Source: Candidatus Bathyarchaeia archaeon
Lineage (GTDB): Archaea > Thermoproteota > Bathyarchaeia > Bathyarchaeales > Bathycorpusculaceae
DNA: 64,000 nt
Assembly: GCA_049512935.1 (NCBI GenBank)
Contig: JBEKWR010000005.1
Coordinates: 65,394-129,393, forward strand
Direction: 5' to 3'
Shown: piece after piece, positions 46,641-55,540 of the stretch
Layout of the letters: each line of letters opens with the position of its first letter
Position numbering within the stretch: position 1 is the stretch's first letter
Notes under the pieces: generated by a model
Databases searched by the model: none
Told to the model about the DNA's origin: nothing
What the model saw: the letters and a program-made list of their open reading frames with translations, nothing else
Position numbers and translations under genes: made by a program

Positions 46641-48347
46641 ATGACTAGAATGTCTGGTGCGCAAGCACTGTTAGAATCTCTTGAACGGCAAAACGTGAAC
46701 ACCATATTCGGCATCTTAGGCGGAGCCATCCTGCCAGTTTACGACGCTTTATTGGGCAGCACGAAAATCAGGCATATCCTTGCTAGGCACGAGCAATGCG
46801 CAGCGCATGAAGCCGAAGGCTACGCACGAGCCAGCGGGCGAGTCGGAGTCTGCATGGCAACTTCAGGTCCTGGAGCGACCAACCTGGTTACGGGCATAGC
46901 GAACGCGTACATGGATTCTTCACCCATAGTGGCATTGACAGGACAGGTTCCATCCAAAGCCGTTAACTCGTCCTACATGATCGGCAAAGACGCCTTCCAA
47001 GAAGCAGACATCATCGGCATCACAACCCCAATCACGAAGTACAATTTCCAGCCAAGAACCGTCGCTGAAATTCCGACGATCGTTAACACGGCGTTCTACA
47101 TTGCGTCCACGGGCAGGCCGGGACCAGTTCTGATTGATCTGCCAAAGGACGTGCAGTCAGACATGGGTGAGGTGGAGGTGACTGACAAGATCGAAGCCCG
47201 CGGTTACAAGTCAATGATCGAGATAGACTTAACAAAGATTAGCGAAGCCGCCAGTTTGCTTGTCAGTGCGGAGCGACCCCTGATTCTGTCAGGCGGCGGA
47301 GTCATAATCTCGAACGCTTCAGACGAAATCATGGAGATGTCTGACTTGCTGATGGCGCCGGTCGCCACAACACTTATGGGCAAAGGCTCTTTCCCCGAAG
47401 TACACCCCCTATCGGTCGGAAGCATAGGGATGCATGGAAACCCGGCGGCGAACAGGCTGCTGGGTGAAGCCGACGTGCTTCTGGCTGTGGGAACAAGATT
47501 CTCTGATCGTGCAACGGCAAACCTGGACACTTTCGCGTCTGAAGCCAAGAAGATACACATCGACATTGACGAGGCAGAAATCGGCAAAAACGTCGAGGTC
47601 GAAGTGCCCATAGTCGGCGACGCCAAAACCGTCTTGAAACTTTTGTTAGCCGCCTTAGCCGATAAATTGCATAAAGGTGAAGGAACCGCTTGGACAAAAC
47701 GGGTTAAAGAGGCAAAAGAGAAGCTGAGTCCGCTGCTGAAGGATAGACCCCGAGACATCGTTCCGAAAGCGTTGCTGATGGAGTTAAGGAAACTGCTGCC
47801 TGAAAGCGCGATAGTCACCACGGAGGTTGGGCAAAACCAGATGTGGTCGGCTCTGTACTTCCAAGCCCTAAGGCCTAGAAGCTTCATCAGCTCAGGCGGG
47901 TTAGGAACCATGGGCTTCGGTTTCCCAGCGGCAATCGGCGCAAAAGTCGCCTGCCCAGACAGACCAGTCGTTGACATAGCGGGCGACGGCAGCTTCATAA
48001 TGAGCGAACAGGAACTCGCATGCTCCGTCACGGAAAAGATTCCCGTCACCGTCATAGTGCTGAACAATTCGGTGCTGGGCATGGTGGCGCAGTGGCAGAG
48101 AATGCTCTACAAACGCCGCTACATGGCTGTTCATCTGGGTAAAACGCCTGACTTCGTAAAGCTGGCTGAGGCTTACGGAGCGCAGGGGCTGCGGGCAACG
48201 TCAATCGAGGAATTCCACAAAGCAGTTAAGACAGCACTTGACAGTAAGGTTACCACGGTGATCGATGTGCCTATAGGCTCAGAGCATGACGTCGTGCCCT
48301 TTGTGCCTCCAGGCTGCGGTTTACCGCAACAGAGAGGTGACTACTAA
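46641..48347 (+). CDS. ilvB: Acetolactate synthase large subunit
   Basis: RHEQ, TSGPGATN, DAFQE, GDGSF..NN ThDP motif, GMVAQWQ. Confidence 0.97.
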   Translation: MTRMSGAQALLESLERQNVNTIFGILGGAILPVYDALLGSTKIRHILARHEQCAAHEAEGYARASGRVGVCMATSGPGATNLVTGIANAYMDSSPIVALTGQVPSKAVNSSYMIGKDAFQEADIIGITTPITKYNFQPRTVAEIPTIVNTAFYIASTGRPGPVLIDLPKDVQSDMGEVEVTDKIEARGYKSMIEIDLTKISEAASLLVSAERPLILSGGGVIISNASDEIMEMSDLLMAPVATTLMGKGSFPEVHPLSVGSIGMHGNPAANRLLGEADVLLAVGTRFSDRATANLDTFASEAKKIHIDIDEAEIGKNVEVEVPIVGDAKTVLKLLLAALADKLHKGEGTAWTKRVKEAKEKLSPLLKDRPRDIVPKALLMELRKLLPESAIVTTEVGQNQMWSALYFQALRPRSFISSGGLGTMGFGFPAAIGAKVACPDRPVVDIAGDGSFIMSEQELACSVTEKIPVTVIVLNNSVLGMVAQWQRMLYKRRYMAVHLGKTPDFVKLAEAYGAQGLRATSIEEFHKAVKTALDSKVTTVIDVPIGSEHDVVPFVPPGCGLPQQRGDY

Positions 48348-48859
48348 TGGAAGCTGGAAGAACCAAAATAATTTCGGTGCTCGTCGAAAACAAGCCGGGT
48401 GTGCTCTTCGGGGTTTCAAACCTGTTCCGACGTAGAAACTTTAACATCGAAAGCATCACGGTCGGCCCGAGCGAGCAAAAGGACATGGCGCGGATGACAA
48501 TAACCGTCAACGAGGATGAAAGAACAATCGTCCAAGTCGTCAAGCAAGTCGCGAAACTCATCGATGTGCTTAAAGTCGAGGAGCTGGAGCCTGGAAACTT
48601 TGTGATGCGGGAGCTGGCTTTGATAAAAGTTAACGCGCCAACCGCGAAAGATCGCTCCGACATCATCAACTGCGTTGAAGTCTTCCGAGGGCGAATCATC
48701 GACGTTTCAACCGACAGTTTAACCGTGGAAATCACGGGGACACCTGACAAGCTAGACGCGTTCCTAAACCTGATGAAGGCGACAGGAGTCATTGAACTTG
48801 CAAGAACAGGCATAACCGCGTTGGCAAGAGGAGCAAAATCCGTGAGAATAGACGAATAA
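48347..48859 (+). CDS. ilvN: Acetolactate synthase small regulatory subunit
   Basis: VENKPGVL, RRNFNIESITV, RELALIKV, ELARTG. Confidence 0.96.
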   Translation: MEAGRTKIISVLVENKPGVLFGVSNLFRRRNFNIESITVGPSEQKDMARMTITVNEDERTIVQVVKQVAKLIDVLKVEELEPGNFVMRELALIKVNAPTAKDRSDIINCVEVFRGRIIDVSTDSLTVEITGTPDKLDAFLNLMKATGVIELARTGITALARGAKSVRIDE

Positions 48860-48902
48860 ACCGCCTCTGTGAACGGAAACCCTTAATTTCAAGTTTTCTT
48901 AA

Positions 48903-48920
48903 AATGACAAACTTGTCATT
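48903..48920. promoter_or_regulatory. Palindrome (operator or hairpin) just downstream of the leuC TATA box
   Basis: AATGACAA-AC-TTGTCATT; CTTAAT at 48882-48887. Confidence 0.5.
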
Positions 48921-48964
48921 GTTATCGGCAGCAAAAAAGCAACTGATAGAAGAAGAGAGTAAAA

Positions 48965-50233
48965 ATGAACATAACAGAAAAAATCTTGGCTAAAGCTTCG
49001 GGAAAAGAAGCCGTGCATCCAGGAGAAATAGTCGACGCGAACGTTGACATGGTGATGGTGCACGATTTAACTGGACCTTTAGCCGTTGAAGCCTTCAAGA
49101 AAATAGGCGTACAGAAAGTTTGGGATAGCCAAAAAGTAGTGGTTATACTGGACCATCAGGTACCAGCTGAATCCATCAGAGCTGCGGAACTGCACAAGAC
49201 CATGCGTCAATTCGCCAAAGACCAGAAACTGCGCATATACGACGTCGGCAGAGGCGGAATCTGCCATCAAGTCATGCCTGAGAAGGGGCATGTTGTTCCT
49301 GGAACAGTTATCGTAGGCGCCGACTCGCACACTTGCACCTACGGAGCCTTCGGAGCCTTCGCCACGGGAATAGGCTCAACCGAGGCAGCGGCGGTTATGG
49401 CGACGGGGAAGATTTGGCTGAAAGTACCTAAGGCGATAAAAGTAAACGTGACGGGGAAGTTCCCAAAGTACGTTACTCCAAAAGACCTGATCTTATCCAT
49501 AATCGGCAAATTAAGTGTAGAGGGCGCCATATACGAAAGCGCTGAATTCACCGGTCCAACAATCAAGGACATGAGCATAGCGGGAAGAATGACGCTGTGC
49601 AACATGGCGGTTGAGATGGGCGCTAAAAACGGCATCATCGAACCTGACGAAACAACCCGTGAATTCTTAAAGGGAAGAGTCAAAACCCTGCCGAACTTTG
49701 AAGAACTAAAAAGCGACAAAGACGCCGTTTATCGACGCACCGTGAACTTTGATGTTTCAAAGATGGAGCCCCAGATTGCTTGCCCATCGTCGGTAGACAA
49801 CGTGAAGCCAGTTTCAGAAGTAGGCAACGTCCAGATTGAGCAAGCGTTCATCGGGTCATGCACCAACGGCAGAATCGAAGATTTACGCATCGCCGCTCAA
49901 ATCCTAAAAGGCAGACGCCTAAAAGACGGCGTCAGGGCACTGGTGATTCCAGCGTCGCAGGAAGTTTACAAGCAAGCATTAGACGAAGGCTTAATGGAAA
50001 CCTTTACAGATGCAGGCGCGATGGTCTGCGGTTCAGCTTGCGGACCATGCTTGGGCGGGCACATAGGGTTATTGGCGGCGGGCGAAACTTGCGTTAGCAC
50101 TTCAAACAGGAACTTCATCGGAAGAATGGGCAGCACCCAAGCCAGCGTGTACTTAGCTTCCCCAGCAACGGTAGCTGCTTCAGCCGTAACAGGTAAAATC
50201 ACCGACCCGAGAAAACTGGAGGCAAAAGCATGA
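48965..50233 (+). CDS. leuC: 3-isopropylmalate dehydratase/homoaconitase large subunit
   Basis: GADSHTCT, IGSCTNGR, CGPCLG, STSNRNF.GRMG. Confidence 0.93.
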   Translation: MNITEKILAKASGKEAVHPGEIVDANVDMVMVHDLTGPLAVEAFKKIGVQKVWDSQKVVVILDHQVPAESIRAAELHKTMRQFAKDQKLRIYDVGRGGICHQVMPEKGHVVPGTVIVGADSHTCTYGAFGAFATGIGSTEAAAVMATGKIWLKVPKAIKVNVTGKFPKYVTPKDLILSIIGKLSVEGAIYESAEFTGPTIKDMSIAGRMTLCNMAVEMGAKNGIIEPDETTREFLKGRVKTLPNFEELKSDKDAVYRRTVNFDVSKMEPQIACPSSVDNVKPVSEVGNVQIEQAFIGSCTNGRIEDLRIAAQILKGRRLKDGVRALVIPASQEVYKQALDEGLMETFTDAGAMVCGSACGPCLGGHIGLLAAGETCVSTSNRNFIGRMGSTQASVYLASPATVAASAVTGKITDPRKLEAKA

Positions 50234-50733
50234 ATATGAAAATCAAAGGTCCAGCCATAAAACTCGGAAACAACGTTGACACAGACGTCATTCTGCCCGG
50301 ACAATACTTGACGTTGATTGACCCTTACGAGCTGGCAAAGCATGCCCTAGCAGGCTTAGATCCAGCGTTTCCTGAGAAAGCAAAAAAAGGCGTGATCTTG
50401 GTAGGCGGGAAAAACTTCGGGTGCGGATCCAGCCGAGAACAAGCGCCTTTAGCGCTAAAGTACGCTGGCGTGAAATGCGTGTTAGCTGAATCTTTCGCGC
50501 GGATCTTCTTCCGAAACGCCATAAACATCGGCTTGCCAGTGATCGAGTGCAAGGGCATATCGGCAGCGGTTGAAACGGGTGACGAGTTAGCCGTGGATTT
50601 CGAAGCTGGCAAGGTGGAAAACGTTTCGAAGGGCAAAAAGTTTCAAGTAGAGAAGCTGCCACCGTTCATACTGGAAATATTGGCTGATGGCGGATTAATT
50701 GAGAATTTACGAAGGAGAATGAACAAGAAATGA
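50230..50733 (+). CDS. leuD: 3-isopropylmalate dehydratase/homoaconitase small subunit
   Basis: DTDVILP, NFGCGSSREQA, SFARIFFRN. Confidence 0.93.
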   Translation: MNMKIKGPAIKLGNNVDTDVILPGQYLTLIDPYELAKHALAGLDPAFPEKAKKGVILVGGKNFGCGSSREQAPLALKYAGVKCVLAESFARIFFRNAINIGLPVIECKGISAAVETGDELAVDFEAGKVENVSKGKKFQVEKLPPFILEILADGGLIENLRRRMNKK

Positions 50734-51767
50734 CTGAATACGTGATTTCCCTGATTCCAGGAGACGGGATCGGCCCAGAACTGACAGAGGCAACCTTGAA
50801 GGTTTTGGATGCTGCCCAGAAAAAGTTTGGCATAAAACTGAAAATGGTTGAGGCGGAGGCAGGCGACGGCACCTTGGTGAAAAGAGGCGCGGCGCTTCCT
50901 GCTGACACCGTAGAAAAAATTAAGGCTTCCCACGCTTGCCTAAAGGGTCCAGTGGGCGAAACAGCGGCAGACGTCATAGTTAAGCTCAGGCTGATGTTTG
51001 ATTTGTACGCGAATCTGCGTCCGATCAAGTCTTACCCAGCCGTCCCAGCGGCTAGACCCGACATTGACATGCTGTGGGTCAGAGAAAACACTGAGGACGT
51101 TTACAAAGGCTTAGAGTTCACCCTCGACAACGACACAACGCTGTGCCTAAGAGTCATCACCCGAAGGAACTGCCAGCGCATAGCCAAAAAAGCCTTCGAA
51201 ATGGCTCGGCTGCGAAACGGCAAGAAGAAGGTGACCGCCGTTCACAAGGCAAACGTCATGCGGGTAACTGACGGGCTATTTGCCAGCGTGTGCCGAGAAA
51301 CGGCGAAGCAGTACCCAGACATCGCCTTTAACGAACTGTACGTTGACGCCGCATCTATGCGTCTAATCAAAGAGCCTCAGATATTCGATGTGTTCTGCAC
51401 ATGCAACATGTTCGGCGACATACTAAGCGACGAAGCAGCCCAACTCATCGGCGGACTAGGCATGGCTCCAGGCGCAAACATCGGCGAAAACTTTGCGCTA
51501 TTCGAACCCATCCACGGTTCAGCACCGAACAGGGAAGGAAAACACACGGCAAACCCGATCTCGATGGTTCTGAGCGCAAAGATGATGCTGGAGTGGCTGG
51601 GAGAAAAGTACAACGACCCGAAATGCACTCGGGCAGGCGCGGCAATCGAGAACGGCGTGGTCTACGCTTTGCGTAACGGTCAAACTGTTCCAGACTGCGG
51701 CGGCGACACAACGACCGTGGGAATGGCGGAAGCCATTGCTGCAGCTTTAACAGTGAAAACTGGCTGA
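50730..51767 (+). CDS. leuB: 3-isopropylmalate dehydrogenase (beta-decarboxylating dehydrogenase family)
   Basis: GDGIGPE, GETAADVIVKLR, RENTE, NMFGDILSD, EPIHGSAP. Confidence 0.9.
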   Translation: MTEYVISLIPGDGIGPELTEATLKVLDAAQKKFGIKLKMVEAEAGDGTLVKRGAALPADTVEKIKASHACLKGPVGETAADVIVKLRLMFDLYANLRPIKSYPAVPAARPDIDMLWVRENTEDVYKGLEFTLDNDTTLCLRVITRRNCQRIAKKAFEMARLRNGKKKVTAVHKANVMRVTDGLFASVCRETAKQYPDIAFNELYVDAASMRLIKEPQIFDVFCTCNMFGDILSDEAAQLIGGLGMAPGANIGENFALFEPIHGSAPNREGKHTANPISMVLSAKMMLEWLGEKYNDPKCTRAGAAIENGVVYALRNGQTVPDCGGDTTTVGMAEAIAAALTVKTG

Positions 51768-51771
51768 AAAC

Positions 51772-53283
51772 ATGACAAATAAATACATTCGAATTTTAGA
51801 CACCACCCTGCGGGATGGTGAGCAAACCCCCGGGGTTTCTTTGACCCCTGAAGACAAGATCGAGATTGCGCGCCAACTAGCCAAATTGGGCGTTGACGTT
51901 ATCGAAGCTGGTTTTCCAAGCTCTTCCGAGGGCGAAAAAAAGGTCGTTAAAGAAATTGCCAAAATGGGCTTAGACTCTGAAATCTGCGCGCTGTCACGGG
52001 CTACTAGGGGCGATATCGACGCGGCGCTGGAGTGCGATGTCGATTTGATTCACGTTTTCATCCCAACTTCCCCAGTGCAGATGCGGTACGCGGTGAACTT
52101 GACGCCTGAGCAGGTTTTGGCGTCGGCTGTTGACTCCGTTGAGTACGTGAAGAAGCACGACGTAAAATGCGAGTTTTCACCCATGGACGCCACACGCTCC
52201 GAAATGCCCTTCCTAAAGCAAGTGTGCCAAGCCACTGAAAAAGCTGGAATGGACACCCTAAACCTTCCAGACACGGTCGGCATAATGATTCCTAAAACAA
52301 CCATAAAATTCGTTGAAGAAATAAAATCAGTCGTCAACGTTCCAATAAGCATCCACTGCCACGACGACTTCGGCTTAGCAGTAGCAAACTCGCTGGCTGC
52401 CGTCGAAGCAGGCGCTGCACAGGTGCACGTTGCCGTCAATGGACTGGGCGAACGCGCGGGCAACGCCTCGCTAGAAGAGGTGGTTATGGCGCTGCAGGTA
52501 ATCTACAAGTACAAGACAGGCGTAAACTCGCGCTTGCTTTACAGCACATCCCGACTGGTTTCTTCGTTGACGGGCATCGCCGTGCAGGCTAACAAGGCGC
52601 TGGTGGGCGAAAACGCTTTTGCGCACGAATCAGGCATCCACACGCGCGGAGTAACAGAGAAGCCCTTAACGTTCGAACCGATAGATCCCGCGTTGGTGGG
52701 TCGCACAAGAAAACTTGTCGCTGGGAAACTGGCGGGGACACGCGGCATCAAGGCGGAGCTTGACGAAGTCGGCATTCACCCAACGGAGGAGCAGCTGAAA
52801 GAGATTGTCAGACGCGTCAAGGAACTTGGCGACAAAGGCAAAATGGTCACGGACGCTGACCTGCTGGCTTTGACTTCAGCGGTTATAGGTGAAGTCATTG
52901 GCGAAGAAAAAATCGTTGACCTCTGCGACATGGCAGTTGTGACAGGCATCAAAGTCATACCGACAGCCTCGGTGCGGCTGGTTCTGAACGGAAAAGCGTA
53001 CGTTGCCGCGGAAACAGGCGTCGGTCCAGTTGACGCGGTTCTTAAGGCGATTCAGAAGTTAACCAGCAACCTGGAAGAAATCCGCCTCAGAGAGTACCGT
53101 CTTGAAGCAATCACGGGCGGCTCAAACGCTGTGGCGGAAGTTATCATAAAGGTGGAAGACGAGGAAGGCAACGTTGTGTCGGCTCGCGCGGCAAGAGAGG
53201 ACATCGTGATGGCCAGCGTTGAAGCGATGATAAACGGCATAAACAAGCTTCTGATTAAGCATAAGCAGGGAAACAAACCATGA
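51772..53283 (+). CDS. leuA: 2-isopropylmalate synthase / citramalate synthase family protein
   Basis: DTTLRDGEQ, HCHDD, GERAGN, HESGIH, and a C-terminal regulatory domain (GVGPVDA). CimA is not excluded. Confidence 0.8.
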   Translation: MTNKYIRILDTTLRDGEQTPGVSLTPEDKIEIARQLAKLGVDVIEAGFPSSSEGEKKVVKEIAKMGLDSEICALSRATRGDIDAALECDVDLIHVFIPTSPVQMRYAVNLTPEQVLASAVDSVEYVKKHDVKCEFSPMDATRSEMPFLKQVCQATEKAGMDTLNLPDTVGIMIPKTTIKFVEEIKSVVNVPISIHCHDDFGLAVANSLAAVEAGAAQVHVAVNGLGERAGNASLEEVVMALQVIYKYKTGVNSRLLYSTSRLVSSLTGIAVQANKALVGENAFAHESGIHTRGVTEKPLTFEPIDPALVGRTRKLVAGKLAGTRGIKAELDEVGIHPTEEQLKEIVRRVKELGDKGKMVTDADLLALTSAVIGEVIGEEKIVDLCDMAVVTGIKVIPTASVRLVLNGKAYVAAETGVGPVDAVLKAIQKLTSNLEEIRLREYRLEAITGGSNAVAEVIIKVEDEEGNVVSARAAREDIVMASVEAMINGINKLLIKHKQGNKP

Positions 53284-54092
53284 AAGTAGCCTATCAGGGC
53301 GAAATTGGCGCATATGGTGAAATGGCTGTCTACAAGTTCTTCGGCAGCAAAGTAGAGCCGATCTCCTGTATGGATTTCAGGGATGTTTTCGAGTCGGTAA
53401 AAAACGGCACGGTTCAAGCTGGTGTCGTGCCGATTGAGAACTCCATTGAGGGCAGTGTCAACCAAAACTACGACTTGTTCCTTAGCTATGACCTAAAAGT
53501 TTCAGGCGAGGTCGCAGTGAAACTCGCCCATGTCCTCATCGCCAACCCCCAAACCAAGTTTGAGGACATAGAAACTGTTTATTCGCATCCGCAAGCGTTA
53601 GCTCAATGCCGAAATTACCTCGAAAAGCACAAGTGGGAAATCATCCCAGCCTACGACACCGCTGGAAGCGTCAAGATCATCAAAGAAAAAGAGCTTCTCA
53701 ACGCCGCCGCAATCGCAAGTGAAAAAGCCGCCGACATCTACGGCATGAAGATTCTTGCCCGCGACATAGCCGACAACCTGTCAAACTACACCCGTTTTCT
53801 TGTGCTTTCGCATGAAGACGCGGCGCCTACAGGCGATGATAAAACCTCAATCATATTCTCAACCAAACATGTCCCAGGAGTGCTGTACCATGCTCTTGGG
53901 GAGTTCGCGTCAAGAAACATCAATCTAACTAGAATCGAATCCAGACCTACCAAAACCACGGCGTGGCAGTACAACTTTTACGTTGACTTTGAAGGGCACA
54001 GAACCGAAAAACGCTGCGCGGAAGCCCTGACAGCGTTGGAAAAGTACGCCACGTTCGTCAAAATTCTGGGGTCTTACCCAAGAGTCATCTAG
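53280..54092 (+). CDS. pheA: Prephenate dehydratase
   Basis: PIENSIEGSV, SHPQALAQC, NYTRF, INLTRIESRP, LGSYP. Confidence 0.96.
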   Translation: MKVAYQGEIGAYGEMAVYKFFGSKVEPISCMDFRDVFESVKNGTVQAGVVPIENSIEGSVNQNYDLFLSYDLKVSGEVAVKLAHVLIANPQTKFEDIETVYSHPQALAQCRNYLEKHKWEIIPAYDTAGSVKIIKEKELLNAAAIASEKAADIYGMKILARDIADNLSNYTRFLVLSHEDAAPTGDDKTSIIFSTKHVPGVLYHALGEFASRNINLTRIESRPTKTTAWQYNFYVDFEGHRTEKRCAEALTALEKYATFVKILGSYPRVI

Positions 54093-54117
54093 ATTACCCG
54101 AGCCTCACACGATCCAA

Positions 54118-54201
54118 GCTGAAGCCCTGAAGGCTCTGGAAAAGTACGCGGCGTTCATCAAAATCTTAGGGTCATATCCTGAAGCCAAATCGTCACAATA
54201 A
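54118..54201 (+). pseudogene. Diverged duplicate of the pheA 3' end
   Basis: AEALKALEKYAAFIKILGSYPEAKSSQ*; 47/60 nt identical to 54021-54080. Confidence 0.9.
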
Positions 54202-54263
54202 GACAAAATGAGATTGTAACATACTTGTTACATATGGAACAAAAATGTTACAGGCAAACTTTG

Positions 54264-54899
54264 CTATCGCTTAACCACGTTTCTGTAGAAATTCCCGATG
54301 ACTCTGTGCCCCTCAAGATGTGATTCGCCTTTTACGTTTACGCGTTCGGGATGGAACTGAACGCCGTAAAACGGTTTGCTTCTGTGTTTAACGGCTTCTA
54401 CTTCGCATGAAGCCGAATCTGCAAGCAGAACGAAGCCAGCCTCTCTAAGATTTTCTTTCAAGACGTTATCGTAATGATTTTCTGACAGCGGCACCGTCTG
54501 GTTTTCTCTGAATCCAGCGAATATCCCGTCGACGTCAACCACCCGGACTGCTTCAAAACGGTCCAGTACAGGCTGAGCGAGCGACCCGACTTTTGCGCCG
54601 AACGCCCAGCAGAGCAGCTGATGGCCAAAGCAGATGCCTAAGGTGGGTAAGTCGCAGGTTTTTATCAGATTAGCAACCCCCTCGAAGAAGTGCCTGTCTG
54701 AAGGGTCAACTATTCTGGCGCCAGAACCGCTTATGACAACGGCGCCAATTTCCTCTTTGACGCGGTAGCCCTCATGGATGTCGCTGAACTGGATAACGTC
54801 GCATTCGCTGAACTTTCCAACGGCTTCAACTAAAGCCTCGCTTTTCGTTTTAAGAGAACAGTTAACAATCAATGATTTTGGGATGTAATCACGTCTCAA
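54264..54899 (-). CDS. Class I glutamine amidotransferase (GMP synthase subunit A-like)
   Basis: ISGSG, LGICFGHQ, GVQFHPE. Confidence 0.9.
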   Translation of the reverse strand: MRRDYIPKSLIVNCSLKTKSEALVEAVGKFSECDVIQFSDIHEGYRVKEEIGAVVISGSGARIVDPSDRHFFEGVANLIKTCDLPTLGICFGHQLLCWAFGAKVGSLAQPVLDRFEAVRVVDVDGIFAGFRENQTVPLSENHYDNVLKENLREAGFVLLADSASCEVEAVKHRSKPFYGVQFHPERVNVKGESHLEGHRVIGNFYRNVVKR

Positions 54900-55056
54900 T
54901 TGCTATATCCACATACGCCTCGGCGTCGTAGAGCGTTCCTTCCATTCCTCGGTGTCTCCCGCCTTTCATAATCAGTCTTGGCCCAGAAACTTTGCGGGCA
55001 ATGTAGACTATACGTTTGCCGACAATGCTGTCGCCTTCTTTGGTTAGTGTGGTCAT
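54889..55056 (-). CDS. Small 55-aa protein below the ORF-track cutoff
   Basis: MTTLTKEGDSIVGKRIVYIARKVSGPRLIMKGGRHRGMEGTLYDAEAYVDIAIET. ATGA overlap with the upstream RHH gene; overlaps the GATase start. Confidence 0.6.
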   Translation of the reverse strand: MTTLTKEGDSIVGKRIVYIARKVSGPRLIMKGGRHRGMEGTLYDAEAYVDIAIET

Positions 55057-55403
55057 TTTTTCGCCTTCTTTACTTGTCCCTCTTCGAGAAGCTTGTTAAT
55101 CGCCTTGAACGTTATGCTAAAGTCTAATCCGAGTGCATTGGCTATTTCACTGGCGAAGTTGGGTCCCGGATGCTCTTTGAGGTAATCCTGAATCATGCGT
55201 TCAGCTTCTTGGGCGTCTACGTTTTTGACGCTGACAATTTCCATGCTGCCGAGCTTGTCTCGTACGGATTCCCGGAGGAAGTCTGCGAAACTGCGGTAAA
55301 GTCCTGCATCGACGAGTTGCTGGACCTTTGCGTAGTTTGATTTGGAAAGTCGGACTGCTGCTTGGAGCCCTTCTGACTCAGCGAGTTTCTGCTTCTGCAC
55401 CAT
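55053..55403 (-). CDS. CopG/ParD-like ribbon-helix-helix plus winged-HTH regulator
   Basis: VRLS..QLVDAGLYRSFADFLRESVRDKL, then ASEIANALGL..AINKLLEEG. Palindrome GTACCA-AA-TGGTAC (55421-55434) upstream. Confidence 0.8.
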   Translation of the reverse strand: MVQKQKLAESEGLQAAVRLSKSNYAKVQQLVDAGLYRSFADFLRESVRDKLGSMEIVSVKNVDAQEAERMIQDYLKEHPGPNFASEIANALGLDFSITFKAINKLLEEGQVKKAKK

Positions 55404-55540
55404 AAAGAGGCACTTCTTTGGTACCAAATGGTACAGGAATAACTAATAAGGTTTATCATAAATGTGGGATAAAAAATGTCAAAACCAAATCTTGATTGAA
55501 AGAACCTACACAGCGAAAAAGTTCTAAAATCGAGCTGCTC

